Assembly: GCA_022709755.1 (NCBI GenBank) | Contig: JAKLIF010000001.1 | Span: 318,661 to 382,660 of the forward strand | Length of the DNA: 64,000 nt | Origin: Elusimicrobiota bacterium | Lineage (GTDB): Bacteria; Elusimicrobiota; Elusimicrobia; FEN-1173; JAKLIF01 | Reading direction: 5' to 3' | Shown: positions 19,078 through 29,338 of the stretch, in pieces | Layout of the letters: each line of letters starts with the position of its first letter | How positions within the stretch are numbered: the first letter of the stretch is position 1 | Program-made: the position numbers and the translations under genes | The notes under the pieces: model-generated | Told to the model about the DNA's origin: nothing | The model's database searches: none | Seen by the model: the letters and a program-made list of their open reading frames with translations, nothing else

Positions 19078-19272
19078 GACACACCTCCATCGTCATTAAA
19101 GTCATTTTCATTATAAGAGTATTACCCGTAAACCGCAACAGCATATTCCCGCCGGGGAACACCCCCGACCACCGTCTTTTCAGTATTTAAAACGCGGGCC
19201 GCGCGGAAACGACACGATTAATCTTCTCACTCGGGCGTCCTTATCTTATAATTCTACCAGGAAGCGACAGAC
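19078..19272. promoter_or_regulatory. Divergent promoter region between the CZB gene (-) and the SGNH hydrolase gene (+)
   Basis: AT-rich. TATAAT at 19247-19252, ~20 nt upstream of the SGNH ATG, with an AGGAAG SD. On the other side it is the likely promoter for the CZB-TonB-dependent receptor-GT-C block. Confidence 0.3.
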
Positions 19273-20229
19273 ATGGCATTTTTTCATACATTAAAAACAT
19301 CCTTCTCCACGCTCATCAAGATCGCCGGGAAAATCATCCTCATCTTGATCCTCACCGAGATCGTATTGGGTACCACTGGAATCCTGCTTTTAACCTACTA
19401 CAGGCATTTCGTCTATTCCAAGATCCCGTTATTAAAGGACGAACACAGGATTCTGTTTATCGGCGAATCGACGACCTGTGGAGACGGCTCCACCAACAAA
19501 CAAACGGACTCATACCCGGCCCAACTTGAAAGGATTCTGAATTCTCAAACCCCCCGCAACCGGTTCCGGTCGATCAATATCGGGTTCGGCGGTCTGACGA
19601 CAGAACACATGCTCAGAGACCTAAAAGAAAATATCTATCGGTATAAGCCAGACATCGTGGTGATCCAGGCGGGATTCAACAATTGTTCCCCCAGCCTGTT
19701 CACCCTATTCAAAGGCCAATCCTTGCCGGCGGCCTGGAGGAAGATCGTCATCATGAAATTGGAGATGTCGCGGACCTATCGTCTCATGAAATGGGCCTAT
19801 GAGTCCGTCTGGAAACAATGTTTGCTGCGCTACCTGCAGAACCGTGGGTTCACCCCGACATCAAATCCGGGGTTTTGGGTGACCGACATGTATCCGGAGG
19901 AATACCAAATAACGAAGGTGGAATCGGAAATACACCTATGCCGGATGATCGAAATCCTCCGCGAACACAACATCCCGCTCGTCCTGTGCGGGTATTTCAT
20001 CGCCGAAGACGAGAACATCATGCTGCGCCGGTTATCAAAGACATACGCCGTCCCCTTTTGCGACAATGAGTTGGAGGACACGCCGTTCAATAGAAAGGAA
20101 TACATATCCGTGGACCAATTCCATCCCAACACGAACGGATATTTCCTCATCGCCCAGAATCTATTCAAGACGTTGACCGACCATCATCTCATCCCAGAAA
20201 CCCCTTCCGACCCGTCCACCGCGTCTTGA
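19273..20229 (+). CDS. Membrane-anchored SGNH/GDSL-family hydrolase (esterase/acyl-hydrolase, possibly carbohydrate O-acyl esterase/transferase)
   Basis: N-terminal TM helix (IILILILTEIVLGTTGILLLTYY). Block I FIGESTTCGDGS (GDS-like with nucleophile Ser). Block V DQFHPN (catalytic Asp/His). Low GC (~45 %). AGGAAG SD 8 nt upstream. Confidence 0.8.
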   Translation: MAFFHTLKTSFSTLIKIAGKIILILILTEIVLGTTGILLLTYYRHFVYSKIPLLKDEHRILFIGESTTCGDGSTNKQTDSYPAQLERILNSQTPRNRFRSINIGFGGLTTEHMLRDLKENIYRYKPDIVVIQAGFNNCSPSLFTLFKGQSLPAAWRKIVIMKLEMSRTYRLMKWAYESVWKQCLLRYLQNRGFTPTSNPGFWVTDMYPEEYQITKVESEIHLCRMIEILREHNIPLVLCGYFIAEDENIMLRRLSKTYAVPFCDNELEDTPFNRKEYISVDQFHPNTNGYFLIAQNLFKTLTDHHLIPETPSDPSTAS

Positions 20230-20260
20230 CTTTTTTGACCAACTCGGCTAAAGTCTTGTC

Positions 20261-21232
20261 ATGTTTCGGAAAGAAATCAAGGTATTGGACTGCACCATCC
20301 GCGACGGCGGGCTGATCAACAATTATCAGTTCTCCGACGATTTCGTCAAAGCCGTCTACCGCGCCATCTGCGAGGCCGGAGTGGACTTCATCGAACTGGG
20401 AAAGAAACTCTCCGAGAGCGCCGAGTATTCCCGTTCGAAGTTCGGCCCCTGGAATTTCTGTGACGACGACATCCTGAAGCGGATCGTCGACAGCCATGAC
20501 TGCAAAGTCCGCCCGGCCATTGCGGTCATGTTCGACGTGGGGCGAGTGGATATTTCCTCCCTGAAAGACAAGAAGGACAGCCCCGTGGACATGATCCGAA
20601 CGGCCTGCTACGTCCCCCAGATCGACAAGGGCCTTGATCTGGTCAAACGGAGCAAAGACAAGGGATACAGGACTTCTTTGAACATCATGGCGGTTTCAGC
20701 GGCCATCGAATCGGAGTTGATCGAGGCGCTGGAAGAAGTGGCCAAGGTCCCCGAAGTGGATTACCTCTATCTGGTGGACAGCTACGGTGCTTTCTATTCG
20801 GAACAAGTCTCCTATTATCTCAACCTGTATTCCAAATACGTGCCGAAGGAAAAACTGGGTTTCCACGGCCACAACAACATCCAGCTGGGATATTCCAACA
20901 CGCAACAGGCCATCATCGACGGCGTCAACCTATTGGACGCCACCATCAACGGGATCGGGCGCGGAGCGGGGAACTGCTGTTTGGAACTGCTGTTGGGATT
21001 CCTGAAGAACCCGAAATTCGACGTGCGGCCGATCTTCAAGGTGATCCAGAAGGAATTCGTTCCTCTGAGGAAACAGATCGAGTGGGGATACAACGACATC
21101 TACGGGATCTCCGGGATACTGAACCAGCACCCTCGGGAAGCCATGAAGTTCCGGGCCACTCCCGAGACCCGCGATAATTGCTACGATTTCTACGAATACG
21201 TCACGCGACAAGACATCGTCGCGGCCGAATAA
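20261..21232 (+). CDS. DRE-TIM metallolyase (HMGL-like; 4-hydroxy-2-oxovalerate aldolase/DmpG-like) family protein
   Basis: LDCTIRDGG (cf. DmpG DVTLRDGSHA). LVDSYG. HGHNNIQLGYSNTQQAIIDGVNLLDATINGIGRGAGNCCLELLL (metal-binding His pair plus GxGxGAGN). No adjacent acylating dehydrogenase partner (no DmpF). Confidence 0.75.
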   Translation: MFRKEIKVLDCTIRDGGLINNYQFSDDFVKAVYRAICEAGVDFIELGKKLSESAEYSRSKFGPWNFCDDDILKRIVDSHDCKVRPAIAVMFDVGRVDISSLKDKKDSPVDMIRTACYVPQIDKGLDLVKRSKDKGYRTSLNIMAVSAAIESELIEALEEVAKVPEVDYLYLVDSYGAFYSEQVSYYLNLYSKYVPKEKLGFHGHNNIQLGYSNTQQAIIDGVNLLDATINGIGRGAGNCCLELLLGFLKNPKFDVRPIFKVIQKEFVPLRKQIEWGYNDIYGISGILNQHPREAMKFRATPETRDNCYDFYEYVTRQDIVAAE

Positions 21233-21247
21233 GAACCCTCCAACAGA

Positions 21248-21585
21248 CTAATCCTTTTTCCCTTCTTCCTCCTCCGACCAGACCTTCATCTCCTCCGGCC
21301 GGCCGTCGGACCTTTCCACGAACCTGAATTCGATCTCTCCGGGACGAACGAGCCCCAACTGCCGGCGGGCTTCGTTCTCGCTGTAGAAAGAATTCGTCTC
21401 CAGCCGTGAGATCCGCCGTTTCTTGCCGGTCATCCTCTCGGAGCGCTCGAAGATCTCCTTCTGGACGGCCCTATATTCGGTGCGGCGCTTCACGTACTTC
21501 TGAGGTCCCCCATGGATCAGGACAAAGAGGACCCCGGCCCCGAGGAACGTCAACAGGGCGAGATGTCGGGAAAAAAATTCCCTCA

Positions 21586-21586
<1 letters not shown>
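21248..21586 (-). CDS. ftsB: Cell-division protein FtsB/DivIC-like (septum formation initiator)
   Basis: Probable start MREFFSRHLALLTFLGAGVLFVLIHGG (TM) followed by a coiled coil. Sits immediately downstream of eno, the widely conserved eno-ftsB arrangement. The longer ORF in the track (to 21691) overlaps the eno 3' end and is probably an artefactual extension. Confidence 0.7.
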
Positions 21587-22971
<1,385 letters not shown>

Positions 22972-24426
22972 TTAAGCTGTGAGACCGGCCAACTGGCGGC
23001 CGGCCTGTTCCAACGCCTTGACTTTGGCGGGCGAATCGGTTTCCAGATAGATGCGGACGACGGGTTCGGTCCCGGACAAACGGATCCCGAGCCAGCTCCC
23101 GTCGGTCAGGATGAACTTATGCCCGTCGGTCTCGACGATGCGGCGCACGTTGAAATGTTTGAACTTCGTCGGCGGGCTCTCCCGGAGTTTCTCTTTGAGG
23201 TCGATCATCTTCTCCGGGGTCAGATGGAAATTGAGCCGTTGGGAATAAAAAGTGCCGACTTCCTTCTGGAGGGCTTGGAGCTGTTTCCGAAGGGATTTTT
23301 TGTTCACAGCCACCATCTCGGCGGCCAGAAGACAGGCCAGAACGCCGTCTTTCTCGGGCACATGTCCCCGGATGGAAACCCCGCCGGATTCCTCCCCTCC
23401 CAGGATGAAATTCCCCTCCTTGGAAGGATAAACGGAATTCTCGCGGGCCATGATGTCGCCGATGTATTTGAAACCGACGGCGGTCTCCTGGAGTTCCAAT
23501 CCGTGTTTGCGGGCCACCGCATCGAAGAAATGGGACGTCATGACGCTCCTCACCACGATCCCCTTCCATTGGCGGGTCTTGACCACGTGGTCCAGCATCA
23601 GCGGCAGGAGTTCGTTGGGGGATAAAATCGATCCGTCTTCGTCCATAATGCCGAAACGATCCGCATCGCAATCAGTCCCCAGACCGATCTGCGCCCGTTG
23701 TTTGACCATCGTCTGCCGCATCAACCCCAGGGTCTCCGGGATCGGGTTGGGCACCCCGCCGCCGAAAAGGACATCGCGGTCGGTATGGAGGGAGACGACC
23801 TGGCAACCGCACTTTTTCAAGAATTCGTCGGTATATCCGCGACCGGCGCCCCACAACGAATCGACGACGATCTTGCTCTTCCCCCGGCGCAACGCGCGCA
23901 TATCCACGAGGCGTTCGAGATGTTTGAAATAATAGGGCTGGGGGTCGATCGGAACGATCAATTTCTGTTTGACGCCCACCGCTTCCTGGGCCGTCTTCGG
24001 CAGGTGGGAGGCGGCCAGATAACCGTCGCAGGCCATCTCGATGCGCTGAGTGATCTCGGGGAGGGCCGGTCCGCCCTCCTGGGATGAATATTTGAGTCCC
24101 GAATAGTCGTACGGGTTGTGGCTCGCCGTGATATTGATGGCGCCGGCGGCCTTTCGACGGAGGATCTCGAAAGCGATGACGGGGGTGGGCGTGTCCCGGT
24201 CGCAGAGGAGCGCCTGCAATCCGTTCGCCGCCAGCACCCCGGCGGCCGTTCGCGCGAAATGTTCCGACAGGAAACGCGTGTCGTAGCCCACCACGACGGG
24301 GAGGTTGTGCAGGTTTTCCTGTTTGAGGTAATCCGCGATCGCCTGGGTGATGATACGGACCCGCGGATAGGTGATGTCGTCCGAGATGATACCGCGCCAA
24401 CCGGATGTGCCGAACTTTATTTTCAT
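22972..24426 (-). CDS. Phosphoglucomutase/phosphomannomutase (alpha-D-phosphohexomutase family)
   Basis: Active-site loop INITASHNPYDYSG, metal-binding GLGTDCDADRFG, sugar-binding GGEESGG. 484 aa. Confidence 0.92.
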   Translation of the reverse strand: MKIKFGTSGWRGIISDDITYPRVRIITQAIADYLKQENLHNLPVVVGYDTRFLSEHFARTAAGVLAANGLQALLCDRDTPTPVIAFEILRRKAAGAINITASHNPYDYSGLKYSSQEGGPALPEITQRIEMACDGYLAASHLPKTAQEAVGVKQKLIVPIDPQPYYFKHLERLVDMRALRRGKSKIVVDSLWGAGRGYTDEFLKKCGCQVVSLHTDRDVLFGGGVPNPIPETLGLMRQTMVKQRAQIGLGTDCDADRFGIMDEDGSILSPNELLPLMLDHVVKTRQWKGIVVRSVMTSHFFDAVARKHGLELQETAVGFKYIGDIMARENSVYPSKEGNFILGGEESGGVSIRGHVPEKDGVLACLLAAEMVAVNKKSLRKQLQALQKEVGTFYSQRLNFHLTPEKMIDLKEKLRESPPTKFKHFNVRRIVETDGHKFILTDGSWLGIRLSGTEPVVRIYLETDSPAKVKALEQAGRQLAGLTA

Positions 24427-24490
24427 ATTTTCGTCCTATAATGACTTGATCGGTGGAAACGCTGGGATGTTAGCAAAGCCTAATATGTCT

Positions 24491-24518
24491 GTCAATAAAG
24501 CCCCCGGAACCCCGGGAA
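24491..24518 (-). terminator. Putative rho-independent terminator after the crcB-DUF190 pair (end of the nucleotide supercluster transcript)
   Basis: On the minus strand, 10 nt after the DUF190 TAA: CCCGGGGUUCCGGGGG hairpin (CCCGG/CCGGG stem), followed by CUUUAUUG. Confidence 0.45.
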
Positions 24519-24525
24519 CACCGTC

Positions 24526-24873
24526 TTAGGCGCCCTTCTCACCGGCCCGGTAGAGTATGACGTTGGCCTTCTCCAGGGTGATGAGTCCCTCCCGGACCAT
24601 CTCATCCAGATGGGGCAGGAAACCGTTGATCTTCTCCTCGCTGTCGACCATCTCCACGATGATCGGCAGGTCTTCGGACAAGCGGAGGATCTTGGCCGTG
24701 TGCATATGGCTCTTGCAGCCGAACCCCATCATCCCTTTCAACACCGTGGCTCCCGCCATGCCGTTCTTCCGGGCCAGGTTCACGATGGCCTCGTAGAGCG
24801 GAGCGCCGTTCCACCGGTCGCTCTCCCCGATGAATATCCTCAGCAGTTTTCCATCTTCCGGAATCTTCATGTC
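24526..24873 (-). CDS. DUF190 (P-II-like) protein commonly paired with CrcB/Fluc fluoride channels
   Basis: Probable start MKIPEDGKLLRIFIGESDRWNGAPLYEAIVNLARKNGMAGATVLKGMMGFG...; the longer ORF in the track overlaps crcB. Confidence 0.75.
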   Translation of the reverse strand, partial: DMKIPEDGKLLRIFIGESDRWNGAPLYEAIVNLARKNGMAGATVLKGMMGFGCKSHMHTAKILRLSEDLPIIVEMVDSEEKINGFLPHLDEMVREGLITLEKANVILYRAGEKGA

Positions 24874-24883
24874 ATCCCCCCGT

Positions 24884-25264
24884 CTATACGAACTCGCCGA
24901 TCCAGGCGCCCACACGGAACAACAGGTAGCCGAACACCACGCTGCCGCCGACATTCAAAACGACCTTCAACCACTCCCCGTCTTTCAGCAGGTTCGAGGA
25001 TTCCAGGATGAACGTGGAGAACGTCGTGAAAGCCCCGCAGAAACCGGTCATCAGGAGTATCCGAGAATTCGTCCCCAGGACGAACTTCACTTCCGCCAGA
25101 CTGTTGAAAAATCCGACCAACAGGCAGCCGCACAGGTTGACGACCATCGTTCCGTAGGGGAAATCCGCTCCCCAGAACCGGTAGACGAACCCTCCCAACT
25201 GATACCGGGAGAATCCGCCGAGAAGACTTCCCAACGCCAGGCATAGATATTTTTCCATGATCAT
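24884..25264 (-). CDS. crcB: Fluoride ion channel CrcB/Fluc
   Basis: 126 aa, four TM helices, hallmark GFCGAFTTFSTF motif. Start ATG overlaps the purN stop (ATGA). Confidence 0.9.
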   Translation of the reverse strand: MIMEKYLCLALGSLLGGFSRYQLGGFVYRFWGADFPYGTMVVNLCGCLLVGFFNSLAEVKFVLGTNSRILLMTGFCGAFTTFSTFILESSNLLKDGEWLKVVLNVGGSVVFGYLLFRVGAWIGEFV

Positions 25265-25890
25265 CCTCTTCCGGATCGACCGGAAGTGTTCCCCTCCTTT
25301 CTGATCTGTTCGACCAGCCGGCCGACGACCAGGGGATAGATCCGGTGTTCTTCCTTCAGCACGCGAGCCGCCAAGGTCTCCGGCGTATCCCCGGGAAGAA
25401 CGGGCACGCGGGCCTGCATCAGGACCGGGCCGTGATCGTATTCCTCATCCACCACATGCACGGTGCACCCGGATTCAGTCTCGCGCTCCCCCAGGACGCT
25501 CTCATGGACCCGGTGTCCGAACATCCCGCGGCCGGCATGTTTCGGCAACAGGGATGGATGGATGTTGAGGATTCGTCCTGGATACTGCTGGATGAGGCCG
25601 GATTCCACCTTGAGTAAAAACCCCGCCAGACAGACCAAGGACACTCCCTTTTTTCGGAACTCGGAGGCGATCTTCATGGAGTAGGCCTTTCGGTCCGGGA
25701 AGAGGGCGGGATCCAACACCAAAGATTCCACTCCCAGATCCTTCGCCCGGTCGAGGGCGCCCACCCCCGGACGGTTCGAGATCACCAGTCGCACTTCGGC
25801 CTCGGGGATGCGCCCGTCCTGGACGGCGCGGGCGATCGCCTCGAAATTGCTCCCGCTTCCCGACACCAGCACGCCGATCCCGATCGTCAT
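25261..25890 (-). CDS. purN: Phosphoribosylglycinamide formyltransferase
   Basis: MTIGIGVLVSGSGSNFEAI...ISNRPGVGALDRA...VCLAGFLLKV...NIHPSLLP...H; start ATG at 25890. The ORF-track N-terminal extension overlaps purM. Confidence 0.9.
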   Translation of the reverse strand: MTIGIGVLVSGSGSNFEAIARAVQDGRIPEAEVRLVISNRPGVGALDRAKDLGVESLVLDPALFPDRKAYSMKIASEFRKKGVSLVCLAGFLLKVESGLIQQYPGRILNIHPSLLPKHAGRGMFGHRVHESVLGERETESGCTVHVVDEEYDHGPVLMQARVPVLPGDTPETLAARVLKEEHRIYPLVVGRLVEQIRKEGNTSGRSGRG

Positions 25891-25904
25891 GGGGAGACGG
25901 GGGT

Positions 25905-26885
25905 TCAGATCAATCTGACTTTCTGTGAGCCGGCGGACACCCGGCCGATCTCGTAACAGGGGGATAGATATTTTTGAATGGACCGGGACCGGTCTGGGGA
26001 GACCGCCAACACCATTCCGATGCCCATGTTGAACGTTCGGAACATCTCCTGGTCCCGGACGCGGCCGCGCCGTTGAAGTTCCACGAAGACGTCGTGGACG
26101 GGCCAACGGCCCAGAGTGAACACCGCATCGCATTTCTTCGGGAGGAAACGGGGAACGTTCTCCAAAAGACCTCCGCCGGTGATATGGGCGAGGCCCTTGA
26201 TGTCACCCGGATATCTCTTCAGGGCTCCCAGAACGGGCCGGACATAGATCCTCGTCGGGGCCAGGAGTTTCTTTCCCCATTTTTTCAGCAAAGCCCCCCG
26301 GTAGACCGCCCTCACGAGGGAATACCCGTTGGAATGGAAACCGGAAGAGGGCAGACCCAAGAGCACGTCGCCGGGTTTGATCCGGGAGGGATCCACCCGC
26401 TGGGAATGGTCCACCACTCCCACCGAGAACCCGGCCAGATCGTATTCTCCGGGACGGTACATCCCGGGCATCTCCGCCGTCTCTCCGCCAATCAGGGCGC
26501 ACGCGGCCTCGCGGCAGCCTCGGATGATACCGCCGACGACCTTCTCCGCCACGTCCACATCCAGTTTCCCGGCGGCGAAATAATCCAAGAAGAACAGGGG
26601 CCGGGCTCCGCAACAGATGAGATCGTTCACGTTCATGGCGACCAGGTCAATCCCGATGGTCTCATGCACATCGAGTTCCTGGGCGATCTTCAATTTCGTT
26701 CCCACGCCGTCGGTGCATCCGACCAGATAGGGCCTTTTGTATCCGGCCGGGAACGGGAACAGTCCGGCGAAATCACCGATGGACGGCAGTCGGCGACGGA
26801 TGCGGTCCACCAGCGCGTCCCCGGCATCGATGTCGACTCCGGCCCGACGATAGGTCCAGGATTCGGTTTTTTTCGGCATTCTCAT
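25905..26885 (-). CDS. purM: Phosphoribosylformylglycinamidine cyclo-ligase (AIR synthetase)
   Basis: YRRAGVDIDAGDALVDRI...GLFPF...LVGCTDGVGTKLKIA; start ATG 26885 (MRMPKK). Overlaps the pyrE stop by 4 bp. Confidence 0.92.
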   Translation of the reverse strand: MRMPKKTESWTYRRAGVDIDAGDALVDRIRRRLPSIGDFAGLFPFPAGYKRPYLVGCTDGVGTKLKIAQELDVHETIGIDLVAMNVNDLICCGARPLFFLDYFAAGKLDVDVAEKVVGGIIRGCREAACALIGGETAEMPGMYRPGEYDLAGFSVGVVDHSQRVDPSRIKPGDVLLGLPSSGFHSNGYSLVRAVYRGALLKKWGKKLLAPTRIYVRPVLGALKRYPGDIKGLAHITGGGLLENVPRFLPKKCDAVFTLGRWPVHDVFVELQRRGRVRDQEMFRTFNMGIGMVLAVSPDRSRSIQKYLSPCYEIGRVSAGSQKVRLI

Positions 26886-27481
26886 GTCCTCCCTTCGGGA
26901 CGGCTCCCCGGTTTTTCGACCGGTTTCCCTTCCCGGCATAACGGGCACTGGGTCGGATCGTAATTTTCCAAATCGACGGTCAGCAAGGCAAAATGCGGCG
27001 CCGGGAAAGACGGCGCGTCTTTCCCCCGTTGGACAAGACACGCCAGGCCCGCCACCCGGGCCTTCCAGGACCGGACCAATTCCGTCAGTTCGTTGAAAGA
27101 ACCGCCCGTCGTGAGGACATCGTCCACCAGAAGGACGTTCTCCCCGTCACGAAGGGTGAATCCCCGTCTCAAGACCATCCCCGGGACGTCCCTCTCGGAA
27201 AACACGTGTCGGACTCCCAGCGCCCGGGCCACTTCATGTCCCAGGATCAGCCCCCCCACGGCCGGCGACGCCACCACATCGATCTTCCGGCCTTGTTTTA
27301 AAAGAGCATCCCGGCACTTTTCCGCCAGGGCCCGGCCCAATTGTTCGGCTCGGTCGGGATGCTGAAGAGCTTTGGCGCACTGCATGTAATTCCGGCTGTG
27401 CCGGCCGCTGGACAACTTGAAATGACCCGTGAGCAGCGCCTGGGAATCCTCCAAAATCCTGGTGACGTCTTTTTCGTTCAT
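26882..27481 (-). CDS. pyrE: Orotate phosphoribosyltransferase
   Basis: Start MNEKDVTRILEDSQALLTGHFKLSSGRHSRNYMQCAKALQHP; PRPP-binding motif VLLVDDVLTTGGS. Confidence 0.9.
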   Translation of the reverse strand: MNEKDVTRILEDSQALLTGHFKLSSGRHSRNYMQCAKALQHPDRAEQLGRALAEKCRDALLKQGRKIDVVASPAVGGLILGHEVARALGVRHVFSERDVPGMVLRRGFTLRDGENVLLVDDVLTTGGSFNELTELVRSWKARVAGLACLVQRGKDAPSFPAPHFALLTVDLENYDPTQCPLCREGKPVEKPGSRPEGRT

Positions 27482-28188
27482 GGTTTCCACGCCTTTCTGA
27501 TGTCTCGGACCGCCCGGGCCGGATCCCTGGCCTCGAGGATGGATCTCCCCATCACGACGAAATCCGCCCCGTTCTTCCAAGCGTCCTGCGGGGTGGACAC
27601 TCTCTTCTGATCGGTCCCCGAGACCTTTCCCCACCGGATCCCCGGGGTCACCAAGGTGAGCCCGAACTTCTTCAAGAGCGGGAGTTCCAACGGGGAGCAG
27701 ACCATTCCGTCGAGCCCCTCTCTCCGGGCAAGCCGCGCCAAACGCAGGACCTGTTTCCTGACGCCCGCCGATACGCCGACATCCCTCAGATCCCGGTCGG
27801 AAAAACTCGTCAGCACGCTCACTCCCCAGATCAGGGGCCGCGGACGCGCGGACAGGGCCGCCCTCAACACGTCCCGTCCGGCGCTCAGATGGACCGTGCA
27901 CGAGTCCACGCCCAGCCGGGCGGCGGCCTCCACGGAACGTTTCACCTGGGAAGGGATGTCATACCACTTAAAATCGAGGAATATCTTCTTGCCGCGCTGT
28001 TTCAACCATCGGACGATCGTGGGGTCCTTGAAATACAGGCCCGGGGACACCTTATAGAACCGGACTTGGGATCCGAGTTTCATCACGAGATCCTTGTCCT
28101 GACGGACGGTCTTCCCATCCAACGCCACGATGATATCCTTCTTCGGTCTGGTCATCGTCTTCATCCTCCGTCCGTTGGCCGGGCTCAT
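27478..28188 (-). CDS. pyrF: Orotidine-5'-phosphate decarboxylase
   Basis: IIVALDGKT...KIFLDFKWYDIPSQV (catalytic DxK...D). 4-bp overlaps with pyrE and pyrD. Confidence 0.9.
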   Translation of the reverse strand: MSPANGRRMKTMTRPKKDIIVALDGKTVRQDKDLVMKLGSQVRFYKVSPGLYFKDPTIVRWLKQRGKKIFLDFKWYDIPSQVKRSVEAAARLGVDSCTVHLSAGRDVLRAALSARPRPLIWGVSVLTSFSDRDLRDVGVSAGVRKQVLRLARLARREGLDGMVCSPLELPLLKKFGLTLVTPGIRWGKVSGTDQKRVSTPQDAWKNGADFVVMGRSILEARDPARAVRDIRKAWKP

Positions 28189-29288
28189 ACACCGCGGCCG
28201 ACGGCCTGCATCACGCTCGAAAAACCGTCGCGTCTCAAGAGATCCGAAAGGCCCCGGTTGATCCGGTTCACCAGCGTAAACCCCGAATACACCCAGCCGG
28301 TATAGATCTGGACCAGCGACGCCCCGGCCAATATCTTCTCATACGCGTCCTCGGCGGAAAAGACACCGCCCGACCCGATGAGGAGCAACCGCCCCTTGGA
28401 GAACCGATGGATCCTCCGGAGCGAATCGGTGGAGAGATGTCGGAGAGGCCGGCCGCTCATCCCCCCCTCTTCCGGATAAGGGGGTGTCAGCCCGTCCCGC
28501 GACCGCGTGGTGTTCGTCGCGACGATCCCATCGAACCGGGCCGCCAGGACGCTCTCCACGACGGACTCTTCCATGTTCTCGTCGGGCGAGATCTTCACCA
28601 GCAGCCGGGGCCTCGTCCGAGCCGGCCTCTTCCCGGCCCACTCATCCGCCTTCTCCCGAACCGCCGTCAACAACGCCGCGAGGGAAGCCCCCTCCTGAAG
28701 ACGGCGTAATTCCGGCGTGTTCGGCGAACTCACGTTGACGACGAAATAATCCGCGTGATCGTAAAGAACCTCAAGACACCTCACATAATCGCCGGCGGCA
28801 CGGTCCAACGGCGTCTCCTTCATCTTTCCGATGTTGAACCCCAGCGGGACGGAGACGATCCGTTTCCCCGGCGAGCGGGCCAACCGTTCGGAGACCTTGT
28901 CCGCCCCGGCGTTGTTGAATCCCATCCGGTTCACCAGGGCTTCTTCTTTCACGAAACGGAACAGGCGCGGCGGCGGGTTCCCCGGCTGGCCGGTCGGTGT
29001 CAACGTGCCGGCTTCCAGGAATCCGAATCCGAAATTTTCAAGGGCGGGCAGCGCGACGGCGTCCTTGTCGAAACCCGCGGCCAAGCCGACCGGGTTCGGG
29101 AAAACCAGCCGGTCCTCTCCCTCGCCGACGGTGACTTTCAGAATCTCATCCTTCACGGTCAACACGGACCGAAGGACTCCTCCCCACGGACGAGCGCCCC
29201 ACCGGAGAGCGCAAATCGCCATCCGATGGGCCGTCTCGGGCGGCAGTCGGAAAAGCACGGGGCGGATGAGATTCTTATAGATATTCAA
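28185..29288 (-). CDS. pyrD: Dihydroorotate dehydrogenase (quinone), class 2
   Basis: FPNPVGLAAGFDKD...GFGFLEAGTLTP...NVSSPNTP...GIVATNTT...IGSGGV; N-terminal amphipathic segment typical of class 2. Confidence 0.92.
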   Translation of the reverse strand: MNIYKNLIRPVLFRLPPETAHRMAICALRWGARPWGGVLRSVLTVKDEILKVTVGEGEDRLVFPNPVGLAAGFDKDAVALPALENFGFGFLEAGTLTPTGQPGNPPPRLFRFVKEEALVNRMGFNNAGADKVSERLARSPGKRIVSVPLGFNIGKMKETPLDRAAGDYVRCLEVLYDHADYFVVNVSSPNTPELRRLQEGASLAALLTAVREKADEWAGKRPARTRPRLLVKISPDENMEESVVESVLAARFDGIVATNTTRSRDGLTPPYPEEGGMSGRPLRHLSTDSLRRIHRFSKGRLLLIGSGGVFSAEDAYEKILAGASLVQIYTGWVYSGFTLVNRINRGLSDLLRRDGFSSVMQAVGRGV

Positions 29289-29338
29289 TGGGGGATCCGG
29301 ATCGATGGGTCCGTGACGGTCCCTGAGGGACCGGTCTA

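Noticed and set aside
25261-25330. Looked for a fluoride riboswitch upstream of crcB
   Set aside because: The crcB start overlaps the purN stop codon (ATGA). No non-coding leader exists, so a riboswitch there is implausible.
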